DNA of 64,000 nucleotides from Pelodictyon luteolum (GTDB lineage: Bacteria; Bacteroidota; Chlorobiia; Chlorobiales; Chlorobiaceae). Shown here in pieces: positions 20,290-29,591 of the stretch; the stretch's first letter is position 1, and each line of letters starts with the position of its first letter. Under the pieces are notes generated by a model, which worked only from the letters and a program-made list of their open reading frames with translations, made no database searches and was not told where the DNA came from. The translations under genes and the position numbers were made by a program. The DNA lies in assembly GCA_020721225.1 (NCBI GenBank), contig DYNE01000002.1, forward strand, positions 7,728 through 71,727, in the 5' to 3' direction.

Positions 20290-21090
20290 ATGAACAGACT
20301 TCATACAGGTTTTATAGGCACAGGAAGAATCGCCCGCGCACTGATTGCCGGACTTGCCGAAAAAGAAACCGTGCGTCTTTACGGCTTCGATACCCAACCA
20401 GCGGCCATCGAGGGAATTGCCGCAGACTATCCGGTCGAGGCATGTCCTTCCGTTGCGGCAATCGCCGGAAAAGCCTCGGTCATTATCCTCTCCGTCAAAC
20501 CGTACCAGATCGAGAGCGTACTCGAAGAGCTCAAAGCGTACCTGAACGAAAACCATCTGCTTATCAGCGTCGCAGCAGGCATTTCATCGGAATTCATCCG
20601 GCAGCGCACCGGCGATGCGGTAAAGGTAATCCGCGTCATGCCCAACACGCCTGCTTTCGCCGGCGAAGGTATGACCGCTCTCTCTCGGGGCGCAACCGCT
20701 ACCGAAGGGGACATTGCCGCTGCGGAAGAGCTGTTTAGAGCGATAGGCAGAACCCTCATTCTCGATGAGCAGCTTATGGATGCGGCAACGGCCCTCTCCG
20801 GCAGCGGACCTGCCTATATGTTCCATATGATCGCCTCTCTGGCCGAAGGAGGTGTGCAGTGCGGGCTCTCACGCCGGGATGCCGTGCTGCTCGCCGCACA
20901 GACCATGTACGGTGCAGCTAAAATGGTGCTCGCAGGCAGCAGAAGCCCGGAAGAGCTGATCAGGGATGTCACCACTCCAGGCGGAACCACCGAAGCCGGC
21001 CTGAAGGTAATGGATGAACACAACGTCCGGCAGATTCTTGTGGATACCGTCTCTGCGGCGGCGGCCCGTTCTCGCGAACTGATGAAATAA
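20290..21090 (+). CDS. proC: Pyrroline-5-carboxylate reductase
   Basis: GFIGTG, SVKP, SVAAG, RVMPNTP, TALSGSGPAY, VTTPGGTT. Confidence 0.96.
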   Translation: MNRLHTGFIGTGRIARALIAGLAEKETVRLYGFDTQPAAIEGIAADYPVEACPSVAAIAGKASVIILSVKPYQIESVLEELKAYLNENHLLISVAAGISSEFIRQRTGDAVKVIRVMPNTPAFAGEGMTALSRGATATEGDIAAAEELFRAIGRTLILDEQLMDAATALSGSGPAYMFHMIASLAEGGVQCGLSRRDAVLLAAQTMYGAAKMVLAGSRSPEELIRDVTTPGGTTEAGLKVMDEHNVRQILVDTVSAAAARSRELMK

Positions 21091-21109
21091 CCGCAGAAAG
21101 AGGTAACCG

Positions 21110-22429
21110 ATGCGGCGAGCCGTTCCATTCATGCAGTGCTTACTGCTGCTCCTTACGCTCTCGATCCCGCTTGCCGATGCGGCGGCAGATACGGGCCAGG
21201 GCCGGAAATCGCCGTTCATCCGCGCCAAAATTACAGGCACCGGCAGACCCTATGTCGGCGAGGAGCTGCTTCTGACCTACACCCTGTATTTTACCGGTGA
21301 CGCGCCGCAGGTTTCAGACGAATCGAATCCCTCTCTTGACGGATTGTGGCATAGCGAAATCGACCCCGGCCGCTTTGTAAAAAGCAGACCGGTTACCCTC
21401 GATAACGCCGTTTACAGGAGCGCTGTTATCCGGCAGTATAAACTTGCCCCCCTGAGAAGCGGACGGTTTGCCATCGGGGGATACCGTCTCAAATGTCTGT
21501 TTACCGGGAATGCGGCTTCATCCGTCACCCGCGCCATGCTCATTTCTGCTCCATCTGTCGTTATCGATGCAAAAGCGCTTCCTGAACCCATCCCTGAAGG
21601 GTTCAGCGGAGGTGTCGGCACATTCTCGTTTGAGCGATCGGCAGATCATGCGACACGGAGAACCGGAGAACCGGTAACGGTTGCCCTTACGGTCAGGGGA
21701 AAGGGAAATCTCCCGACGCTGCGCATTCCGGCACTTTCGGTTCCGTCAACCGTTCATAAAAGAGCGCCGGTTACGGCGCTCAGCCTTGACAGCAGCGCGA
21801 CCTTTTCAGCAGGATCACTTACCTCCAGAGTAACCATTTACCCGCAGCAGCCCGGAAAAACCGTCATTCCCCCACTGCGTTTTGTATATTTCGACCCCGA
21901 AAAAAAGCAATACCGTACGCTTTCCTCCCAACCGCTCGCCATCGAGGTGAGTCAGGGTGAAAAAAGCGGAACGATCGATTCCCGAAACTTTCCGCAACCC
22001 GATGCAGCGGGACCTGAAAACGCAGACCAGGCGCAACTCATGGCGGCGGGAAAGGCCGTGGCCGCGGTGCTGACAGTTGTCCTGATTGTCGCCCTCGTGA
22101 TGAAAAGGTTTGGAAAACCTCCTGAAATCGCGGATAAAAACAGCGGCGCGATCCCGGATGAGAGTGCATCACCGGAAAATCTCAAAGCGCATATATACTC
22201 GCTCATCGAGGAGAAAACGGGAATACGCAAACCGGAAAGTCTGACAAGGAATCAATTAGCGACAGCTCTGGCGGCAATAAACATCCCCCCGGCCACAAAC
22301 CAGGAGATCGAAAGGGTGTTTGAAACAATCGACCGCATGCTTTACAGTCCGTCCGGTGCAACGGAAAACGAGTTGATTCTGCTCCGCAGCGAAGGGAAAC
22401 GGCTGCAGCAGAAGCTTCGGCAGCTTTAG
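21110..22429 (+). CDS. batD: BatD family protein
   Basis: Signal peptide, YVGEELLLTY, L.PLRSG, LP.P.P..FSGGVG.F, V.GKGNL, YFDPEKKQY, TM, helical tail. Confidence 0.8.
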   Translation: MRRAVPFMQCLLLLLTLSIPLADAAADTGQGRKSPFIRAKITGTGRPYVGEELLLTYTLYFTGDAPQVSDESNPSLDGLWHSEIDPGRFVKSRPVTLDNAVYRSAVIRQYKLAPLRSGRFAIGGYRLKCLFTGNAASSVTRAMLISAPSVVIDAKALPEPIPEGFSGGVGTFSFERSADHATRRTGEPVTVALTVRGKGNLPTLRIPALSVPSTVHKRAPVTALSLDSSATFSAGSLTSRVTIYPQQPGKTVIPPLRFVYFDPEKKQYRTLSSQPLAIEVSQGEKSGTIDSRNFPQPDAAGPENADQAQLMAAGKAVAAVLTVVLIVALVMKRFGKPPEIADKNSGAIPDESASPENLKAHIYSLIEEKTGIRKPESLTRNQLATALAAINIPPATNQEIERVFETIDRMLYSPSGATENELILLRSEGKRLQQKLRQL

Positions 22430-22450
22430 CCACGCCTGAAGCCGGAGCGG

Positions 22451-23686
22451 TTACCCCGCTCCGTGGATTCCATGCCAGGGAAAAAGAGTACAGGTCACCT
22501 GTGTGCCGGCAGGCAGCCTGTCGGGCGACGGGCCGGTCTCGATTATGCCGTTTGCCCCGGCAAGCGCGGTTATCATATGCGACTCTACCTTCGGGCTGAC
22601 CCTGCAAAAAAGCTGACCGTTTTCCTGCCAGATGGTGCCGGGCAGAAAACGGTACCGTTTTCTGTCGGCAGGAAAGGGTTCAACCAGCACTGCCGTCAGT
22701 TTTTCCGGACCTGCGACGCCCTGCTGCAGAAGCAGTGCAGGAACGACATATTCAAGAAAACAGGTCATGGCCGAAACCGGATTTCCCGGAAGGGCAAAAA
22801 CCGGTCGGCCATCGCCCGTCACGCCGAAATAGAGCGGTTTTCCCGGTTTCTGGGCAACCGTCCAGAAACGCGGCGTAACGCCGGATTCATGCAGCAGTTC
22901 CTGCACATAATCATATTCGCCGGTTGAAATCCCTCCTGCCGTAATGAGCATATCGCAGAGAGAAAAAGCTTCGGCAAGAGTGTTCCGCAGAGAGTCCCGG
23001 TCATCAGGCGCATGCAGAAGCGCAACCGGTTCGATTCCAAATGCGCGGCAAAGCGCCTGCATCATGAACCGATTGCTGTTGTAAATCGCAGGGCCGTCAA
23101 GCGGTTCGCCCGGAAGACGCAATTCGTTGCCTACGGTAACCAGCGCAACCTTCGGACGCCTGCCTGCCAGAGCCCCTTCGACACCCAGCGTGGCAAGCAC
23201 GGCAATCTCCCCTGGCCCGACCCTCTCCCCTTTCTGAAGAAGGGGTGAATCCTGCGAAACTTCTTCTCCGGCATAACGGATGTTGGCACCTTTTTTCGGC
23301 GCCGCAAAAAATAAAACCTCTTCAGTACCGAATCCGCTGGTCTGTTCGAAAGCGACAACCGTATCGGCGCCTTCCGGAAGCGGCGCGCCGGTCATGATCT
23401 GTGCGCAGGTACCCGGTACGACAACCTTTTCGGGCATCGCTCCGGCAGCTACCTCCGTAACGACCTTCAGCTTTACCGGATTATCCTGCGATGCATTGCC
23501 GATATCTTCCCGACACAGGGCAAACCCGTCCATTGCTGCGTTGGTGAAACGCGGAAGCGGAAAGGGCGCGGCAATATCTTCCGCCAGAACCCGGCCCAGC
23601 AGTTCTGAAAGGGGCCGATATTCGTGAGAAAGCGGTACTAAAGCTTCCCTGATGATGCGGTGAGCGTTCTCGACGGTAATCATCAT
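22451..23686 (-). CDS. moeA: Molybdopterin molybdotransferase MoeA
   Basis: GRVLAEDI, AAMDGFA, IMTGAPLPEGAD, TAGGISTG, KPGKP, LPGNPVS. Confidence 0.95.
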   Translation of the reverse strand: MMITVENAHRIIREALVPLSHEYRPLSELLGRVLAEDIAAPFPLPRFTNAAMDGFALCREDIGNASQDNPVKLKVVTEVAAGAMPEKVVVPGTCAQIMTGAPLPEGADTVVAFEQTSGFGTEEVLFFAAPKKGANIRYAGEEVSQDSPLLQKGERVGPGEIAVLATLGVEGALAGRRPKVALVTVGNELRLPGEPLDGPAIYNSNRFMMQALCRAFGIEPVALLHAPDDRDSLRNTLAEAFSLCDMLITAGGISTGEYDYVQELLHESGVTPRFWTVAQKPGKPLYFGVTGDGRPVFALPGNPVSAMTCFLEYVVPALLLQQGVAGPEKLTAVLVEPFPADRKRYRFLPGTIWQENGQLFCRVSPKVESHMITALAGANGIIETGPSPDRLPAGTQVTCTLFPWHGIHGAG

Positions 23687-24630
23687 GAGTGGCCCTCCCC
23701 CTTCAGCATGGCGAATGCATGAAATATCGCAGGAACGAGTACTTCAAGCGCATCCGCAGCCGCACCGGGACTGCCGGGCAGACAGATCAGAAGCGAATTT
23801 CCGATCATGCCGGCGGCAAGTCTCGAAAGCATGGCTGTTTTTGTTTTTCCCTGACCCCAGTTGAAAAGCGCCTGTTCGATCCCCGGCAGTTTTCTGGTGA
23901 ACTTCGGCGAAAGAGCTTCAACCGTTACATCGCGAGGTCCCAGCCCCGTTCCCCCGGAGGTCACAATCAGCTCGACTCCTCCGGCAATCCACTCTTCAAC
24001 GACCGCTTCGATCTCCTCTTTACGATCCGGAATGACTCTCAACTCCTCGACGGGGCACCCGGCAGCTTCAAATCCCTCCTGAAGCAGCAGCCCTGAACGG
24101 TCGGTTCCTCTGCCGGCGGCAATGGAATCGGAGAGCACGAGAATCGAGGTTCTCGGCCTGTACTCGACGGAATGCTGCTTCTTGCCTCCGGTTTTTCTTT
24201 CGAGTCGTATGGAACCGATCTCCATCGAGGTATCGACCGCCTTGCACATATCGTAAATCGTCAACGCGGCAACCGATACCGCCGTAAGGGCTTCCATCTC
24301 GACACCGGTAGCCTCTCTGGTTCTTGCCGTTGCGGATATGGCAATACGATCATCGTGCAGCGTGAAAGAAAGATCGATCCATGACAGATTGAGCTGATGG
24401 CAGAGCGGAATAAGATGCGCGGTCTGTTTGGCAGCCTGAATGCCGGCGATTTTTGCTGCCGTGAGCACGTTTCCCTTGGGGATGGCCTGCTCACGGAGAA
24501 GACGCAGGGTTTCCGGCTGCAATGAAATAGCACCGGATGCCGTCGCGCTCCTCATGGTTCCTGGTTTGGCAGAAACATCGACCATGGCAACATTGCCCTG
24601 CTCGTCAAGATGGGTAAATTCCATTTTCAT
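23683..24630 (-). CDS. moaC: Bifunctional MoaC / MogA-MoaB molybdenum cofactor protein
   Basis: FTHLDE.G...MVDVS.K, LIPLCH, TGVEMEAL, DMCKA, followed by SGGTGLGPRDVT, CLPGSP. Confidence 0.92.
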   Translation of the reverse strand: MKMEFTHLDEQGNVAMVDVSAKPGTMRSATASGAISLQPETLRLLREQAIPKGNVLTAAKIAGIQAAKQTAHLIPLCHQLNLSWIDLSFTLHDDRIAISATARTREATGVEMEALTAVSVAALTIYDMCKAVDTSMEIGSIRLERKTGGKKQHSVEYRPRTSILVLSDSIAAGRGTDRSGLLLQEGFEAAGCPVEELRVIPDRKEEIEAVVEEWIAGGVELIVTSGGTGLGPRDVTVEALSPKFTRKLPGIEQALFNWGQGKTKTAMLSRLAAGMIGNSLLICLPGSPGAAADALEVLVPAIFHAFAMLKGEGHS

Positions 24631-24658
24631 TCTTCTCCTCATTTCGGATAAAACAGGT

Positions 24659-25489
24659 TCACGCAAACAATCCGTCAAGCCGGAGCGCAAGTTCCGGATA
24701 ATCGGTAATTATGCCATCGGCACCCATCCGCTTCATGGCAAGCATCTCTTCGGGAAGATTTACCGTCCAGGGAATGACGCGGATACCCTTTCCGTGAAGC
24801 TGCGCAACAAGCTCATCGTTCATCAATAAAAAATACGGGTTCACGTAGGCAGGAAGAAACGGCAACCTCTCCATAAAGTCATGGATACGGACAGGATCGT
24901 CGGCAAGAATACCGATAGCAATCTCCGGACAAAGCTTCCGTACCTCCTCTACAAGGCGGAAGTCGAACGACTGAACCCGAACCCTCGGAAGCATCCCGCA
25001 CAATCGCAACTGCCCGACAACGAGAAAAGCGTAGAGTTCCGGTTCGGGATGCAAAAAACGATCCCGCTCCGGCCACGATTTCAGTTCGATATTGAAAATC
25101 ATGGCGCCTGGCAGATTTTTTTCGCGCATATATGCGTCAACTTCCCGGAAAACATCCGTCAGGAGCGGTTTACAGGCTGTCGTTCGCTGCTGGTCGGGAA
25201 ACCCGGGATCAGGAAGACCGCAGCCGAAAGCCGCGATTTCGGCATAATCCATGGTATAGATCAGGTAGCGATCCCTGTCTTCCGGGACGAGAGGCGTTCC
25301 TCCGGGTGCAGTGCAGAGCGGACCGCTTATCCACGGATCGTGGGAAACGACGAGCTGATGATCTCCGGAAACCACAAGATCGAGTTCGATAACCCTGACA
25401 CCCGAATCCGCCGCTTTGCAGAAAGCCTCGATGGAATTTTCCGGAAAGTAGGCTCTCGATCCGCGATGGGCCTGTATTTCAAACTCCAT
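24659..25489 (-). CDS. Glycerophosphodiester phosphodiesterase
   Basis: QAHRG, PENSIEAF, IELDL, HD, NIELK, QSFD, WTVN, DGIITDYP. Confidence 0.92.
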   Translation of the reverse strand: MEFEIQAHRGSRAYFPENSIEAFCKAADSGVRVIELDLVVSGDHQLVVSHDPWISGPLCTAPGGTPLVPEDRDRYLIYTMDYAEIAAFGCGLPDPGFPDQQRTTACKPLLTDVFREVDAYMREKNLPGAMIFNIELKSWPERDRFLHPEPELYAFLVVGQLRLCGMLPRVRVQSFDFRLVEEVRKLCPEIAIGILADDPVRIHDFMERLPFLPAYVNPYFLLMNDELVAQLHGKGIRVIPWTVNLPEEMLAMKRMGADGIITDYPELALRLDGLFA

Positions 25490-25576
25490 ACAAAACAGGT
25501 GTTTTGCTCATCCCCTGAAAATCCCTCTACAAAAGCCGGATGCCGGAGACTCTATAAAAAACCGGCCTGCCGTGGA

Positions 25577-25927
25577 TTATGGGTTCCGCTTGCCCGAAGA
25601 AAAGCGTGTGGATTTTGACGCAGGCTTTCCGGATGATTTTCTTTTCTGAATTTTATTTCCCCTTGAGGCTTTGGACGAATCCGCTTTATGAAGACTGCTG
25701 TTGCCTGGGGAATCGGAAGATTGCGGCTTGTTCCTGCTCTTGTTGAACCTGTTTTTACGATACTTTTTTTCCAGGTCGGCATAAGGACTTGGCGGATCGG
25801 GTGAGGTGTTGGGGTTGTTAAAATTCGGTTCGTCAATCACCTCGTCAACATCATCCAAAACCGCGTCGGGATGAACTCTTTTATGCAAAATAATACTATT
25901 TATGTTCAAAAAACCGTGAGTAATCAA
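25577..25927 (-). CDS. Hypothetical protein with acidic N-part and Lys/Ser-rich tail
   Basis: Only plausible ORF in the gap; start uncertain. Confidence 0.5.
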   Translation of the reverse strand: MITHGFLNINSIILHKRVHPDAVLDDVDEVIDEPNFNNPNTSPDPPSPYADLEKKYRKNRFNKSRNKPQSSDSPGNSSLHKADSSKASRGNKIQKRKSSGKPASKSTRFSSGKRNP

Positions 25928-26105
25928 TTGTTAACTCAGGATCATTTCGAAGGGGGCTTCAATTTAAAACTTTAAAAATAAAAAACAAGCCTTATCCGGC
26001 ACGAAGTGAGGAAGATGAACCAGAAAGAGTGTTTTACGTTGGTTGTTGTCCCGATATGTATTAAATTTTAACATAGTTTAAAAAAATCAAAACACGGAGC
26101 TCGAT

Positions 26106-26276
26106 ATGGACATCCGCCGCTGGATACTCGCTTTCATCCTTCCCCCTGCCGCAGTCATGAACAAAGAGGCCGGAACCATCATGCTTACCGGTATCCTTAC
26201 CGTGCTTGGCTGGCTTCCCGGAGTTGCAGCCGCAGTGATCATGATTCTGCAGGAAAAATACCAGGCAAAAGCTTAA
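26106..26276 (+). CDS. YqaE/Pmp3 (Ric1-like) membrane peptide, candidate reaction-centre accessory subunit PscF, 56 aa
   Basis: Below the ORF-track cutoff. Manual translation MDIRRWILAFILPPAAVMNKEAGTIMLTGILTVLGWLPGVAAAVIMILQEKYQAKA*; SD ggag; Pmp3 motifs LPP.AV and LT.LGW.PG. Confidence 0.85.
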   Translation: MDIRRWILAFILPPAAVMNKEAGTIMLTGILTVLGWLPGVAAAVIMILQEKYQAKA

Positions 26277-26455
26277 GCAACTCACACATTTTCACTCCCC
26301 CGCCGAGCCGGTTTTTCTATTATTCCTGTCGATACGGGAAAGAATCGTTGTACGTTTGTGAGCGTTCTCCCTGACTCAGGGAATAGAGAATTTCCTCCGG
26401 GAGCTTGTTACCTGCAGCCGTACTGCGCCGGCTCTGTATCGCTATTGAAATCCTT

Positions 26456-27568
26456 ATGCTTTTTCATCCCTTCGAAATCGCCCTTTCCGGTTTTTCCGGA
26501 TCCGGAAAAACAACTCTGGCCGCCGCGATCGTCCGTCGTCTTGCCGAAAACTTCACCGTCGGCTGTTATAAGCACGGCTGCCACCGATTCGATATCGACC
26601 GGGAGGGAAAGGATTCTCACACGCTCAAAAAAGCCGGCGCCGAAACCGTCATGATTTCGGATCCCGAAAAAAAAGCGGTCGTTACCGGAATCGACAACAA
26701 CGGGCTCAAGGAGAGAATGGTTTTCCTCGATTGCGATCTGCTGCTGGTCGAAGGGCTCAAGGAGCTTCCCCTGCCGAAACTGCTGCTTGTGGATCGCGAA
26801 AAAAAAATTCTCGATCTTCTTGCACATGGCGACATACCGGAGGTCGTTGCTCTTGTCGATACCGGAGAGGAACGCGAATCGCTCGGGAACGACTATGATC
26901 TGCCCACATTTCATCGTAACGACGTCGAAACCATCACTGCATTCATCGAGTCGTTCCTGGCCGGAAAAGCCTCGGAAACGGAACTCTCGGGCCTGATACT
27001 TGCCGGAGGCAGAAGCAGCCGAATGGGTGCGGACAAAGCCTTGCTCTCTTATCACGAAGAGAACCAGATCGTTCATACCGCAACGCTCCTGCGACAGCAT
27101 TGCCGGGAAATCTTCATCTCCTGCCGCAATGAACAGGCCAAAGCGTACGAAGCGTTCGGCTTTCCCATCATCACCGACCGATATTTTGAAACCGGACCGG
27201 CCGGGGGAATACTCTCTGCGCAGCAGAGCTTCCCGAACAGGGCCCTGCTTGCCGTTGCCTGCGACATGCCGTTTCTTGACGCGCCGCTGATTTCGAAACT
27301 GGTCGAAAACCGCAAGCCGTTGCGGTATGCCACCGCGTTCCGGCATGAGAGTTCAGGACATATCGAGCCACTCTGCGCCTGCTACGAACCGAAATCCAGA
27401 AAAGCCCTGCTGGCCTCTCATGCAGAGGGCAACGACTCCCTGCAATCATTTCTGGACGGTTCCCGTATAGGAGAGATTACGCTCTCTGAAAGCCGAACCT
27501 TAAGCAATATCAACGATCCTGCTTCAATGCAGGCGGCGCTTAAAGCGTGCCGGTCAACCAAAGGATAA
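26456..27568 (+). CDS. mobA: Fused MobB-MobA (molybdopterin-guanine dinucleotide biosynthesis)
   Basis: N-terminal GFSGSGKTT, KHGCH.FDID..GKDS, LVEG; C-terminal ILAGGRSSRMG.DKA, GP.GGI, ACDMPF, EPL.A.Y, N.NDP. Confidence 0.9.
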   Translation: MLFHPFEIALSGFSGSGKTTLAAAIVRRLAENFTVGCYKHGCHRFDIDREGKDSHTLKKAGAETVMISDPEKKAVVTGIDNNGLKERMVFLDCDLLLVEGLKELPLPKLLLVDREKKILDLLAHGDIPEVVALVDTGEERESLGNDYDLPTFHRNDVETITAFIESFLAGKASETELSGLILAGGRSSRMGADKALLSYHEENQIVHTATLLRQHCREIFISCRNEQAKAYEAFGFPIITDRYFETGPAGGILSAQQSFPNRALLAVACDMPFLDAPLISKLVENRKPLRYATAFRHESSGHIEPLCACYEPKSRKALLASHAEGNDSLQSFLDGSRIGEITLSESRTLSNINDPASMQAALKACRSTKG

Positions 27569-27577
27569 ACAACTGCC

Positions 27578-28039
27578 ATGAATCTGCTTGTCGCCATCGA
27601 TTTTTCGGAAATTACCGAAGCGGTCATCGACCATACCCGAACTCTCGCTTCGGCACTGAAGGCCGAGGTTTTTCTGCTCCATGTCATAGCACCGTCAACG
27701 CCGGTTCTCGATATCGAAACCGATCCTGATACCGCTCATCCCCTTCAGGAATCAGAAATATTGCCCGGTGTCACCGTGACAGAAAACAGAACCCACCTGC
27801 AGCTGCATGAGCTTGCCGAAAAACTCCGTCTGAACGGCATATCGGTATCGGCGCACCTGGCGTACAACGACGAGGTCGATGCTATCATCAAAGCTGCGGA
27901 GACTTTCGAAGCGGGAATGATCGTTCTCGGATCGCACGGCCACGGAGCGTTCTACCATCTGCTGATCGGGAGCGTATCGGAAGGCGTTATCCGCAAAGCG
28001 ACATGCCCGGTGCTTATCGTGCCTTCAGGAAGGAAATGA
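27578..28039 (+). CDS. Universal stress protein
   Basis: LLVAIDFS, IVLGSHGHG...LLIGSVSE.VIR.A.CPVLIV. Confidence 0.92.
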   Translation: MNLLVAIDFSEITEAVIDHTRTLASALKAEVFLLHVIAPSTPVLDIETDPDTAHPLQESEILPGVTVTENRTHLQLHELAEKLRLNGISVSAHLAYNDEVDAIIKAAETFEAGMIVLGSHGHGAFYHLLIGSVSEGVIRKATCPVLIVPSGRK

Positions 28040-28832
28040 ATGCACGTCCGGCGTGGACCAGAAGAAATGCGATACCGGCAAGCACGATAATGGTAGCCCC
28101 GGATGCAAGATCGAGCTGCCAGGAGAGCCAGAGCCCTCCTAGACAGAAAAAAGCTGAAAGCACCGTCGCCAGACCCATCATACCACGGAGAGTGCTGCTG
28201 AAAACCCGTGCGATGGCTGCGGGAATGGTAAGCAGGGCGATAACCAGCACGATACCTGCAACGCGAACAAGAATCACGACGGTAAGCGCTATCAGGCAGA
28301 GAAGCAGCAGATAGAACCTGGTGGTTTTCACCCCGGAAACTTCGGCATATTCCTCATCGAACGAAAGAGCGAGAAACTCCTTGCTGAAAAGCCAGGTCAA
28401 TGCGGCAATCAGGATATCAAGCACGGCGATCATCCACAGATCGGCCACAGAAACCGTCAGGATATTGCCGAACAGGTAACTGAACAGATTCGGAGCATAC
28501 CCCGGCGTGAGCCCGATCAGAATAACGCCCACGGCCATACCGACAGCCCAGAATGCCCCTATCGCCGTATCTTCGGCAACCTTCGCCTTCCTGCTCAGAA
28601 GACCGATGGCAATGGCGGCGGCGAGACTGAACGGAATGACTCCGAAAAGCGGGTTAATTCCGAGATAGTAACCGAGTCCTATCCCGCCGAATGCTGTATG
28701 GGCTATCCCGCCGCTGATGAAACCGATTTTTTTGACCACGACATAGCTGCCGATAATGCCGCACGCAACACTGGCAAACAGAGATGCCAGTACGGCGTTA
28801 CGGATAAATTCATAAGCGAACAGGTCGGGCAT
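28014..28832 (-). CDS. znuB: Zn/Mn ABC transporter permease (ZnuB)
   Basis: GGIAHTAFGG, EDTAIG, YLFGNIL, FDEEYA, G..LV.ALL.IP. Confidence 0.9.
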   Translation of the reverse strand: MPDLFAYEFIRNAVLASLFASVACGIIGSYVVVKKIGFISGGIAHTAFGGIGLGYYLGINPLFGVIPFSLAAAIAIGLLSRKAKVAEDTAIGAFWAVGMAVGVILIGLTPGYAPNLFSYLFGNILTVSVADLWMIAVLDILIAALTWLFSKEFLALSFDEEYAEVSGVKTTRFYLLLLCLIALTVVILVRVAGIVLVIALLTIPAAIARVFSSTLRGMMGLATVLSAFFCLGGLWLSWQLDLASGATIIVLAGIAFLLVHAGRAFISFLKAR

Positions 28833-28844
28833 CTCTTCAGTTTT

Positions 28845-29591
28845 TTATCGTGGATTGCGGCTTTCGTGCAGAAGCAGATCGACCGGATAGGGATAAACCT
28901 GCTGGGCGGCCTCTCCGCCCGGAGAGGCTGAAGGATTTTCACGAAGCACCATGCTGCAATTAAGACAGAGCACCCTCCCGACAAACCGGCTGACCGTACC
29001 GGTATCATGGGTTACCAGAACAATGGTCATCGTACTTTTCAGATGATCGAGAAGATCATAGATAGTCGTTTTCATTTCCGGATCGACGCTGGCCGTCGGT
29101 TCATCAAGCAGCAGAAGTTGCGGTTTTCCGGCAAGTGCCCGCGCAATAAGAGCCCGCTGCAGCTCTCCGCCGGAAAGCGCGCCGATCCTGCGATTGCTCA
29201 GAGCTGATAAACCCACGATCCGAAGCGCTTCGTCCGCCGCCTGCATATCGGCTTTGCCGTAATGCTGAAAGGGCGTTTTCAATGCTATTCGCCCCATCAG
29301 CGCGACATCCCTGACACTGAGAGGAAACTCCCGGTCGAAAAACAACCGTTGCGGCACATAACCGATTCTGCCGACGGCACGACCGGGAGCCGCGCCGAAT
29401 ACCTGAACGACTCCTTCCGAAGGTTTCTGCAGTCCGAGCAGCACCCGCAGAAGCGTGGTTTTTCCACCTCCGTTTGGCCCGACAATTGCAAGAAAATCTC
29501 CTTCTGCAACGCTGAATGAAAGCCCCTTGAGCACGCTTACTCCCCCTATTTCAACGCCAAGCATTTCGCAGCGAATAACCTCTCGCTTCAT
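28845..29591 (-). CDS. znuC: Zn/Mn ABC transporter ATPase (ZnuC)
   Basis: GPNGGGKTT, IGYVPQ, LSGGELQR, LLLDEP, VTHD. Confidence 0.9.
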   Translation of the reverse strand: MKREVIRCEMLGVEIGGVSVLKGLSFSVAEGDFLAIVGPNGGGKTTLLRVLLGLQKPSEGVVQVFGAAPGRAVGRIGYVPQRLFFDREFPLSVRDVALMGRIALKTPFQHYGKADMQAADEALRIVGLSALSNRRIGALSGGELQRALIARALAGKPQLLLLDEPTASVDPEMKTTIYDLLDHLKSTMTIVLVTHDTGTVSRFVGRVLCLNCSMVLRENPSASPGGEAAQQVYPYPVDLLLHESRNPR

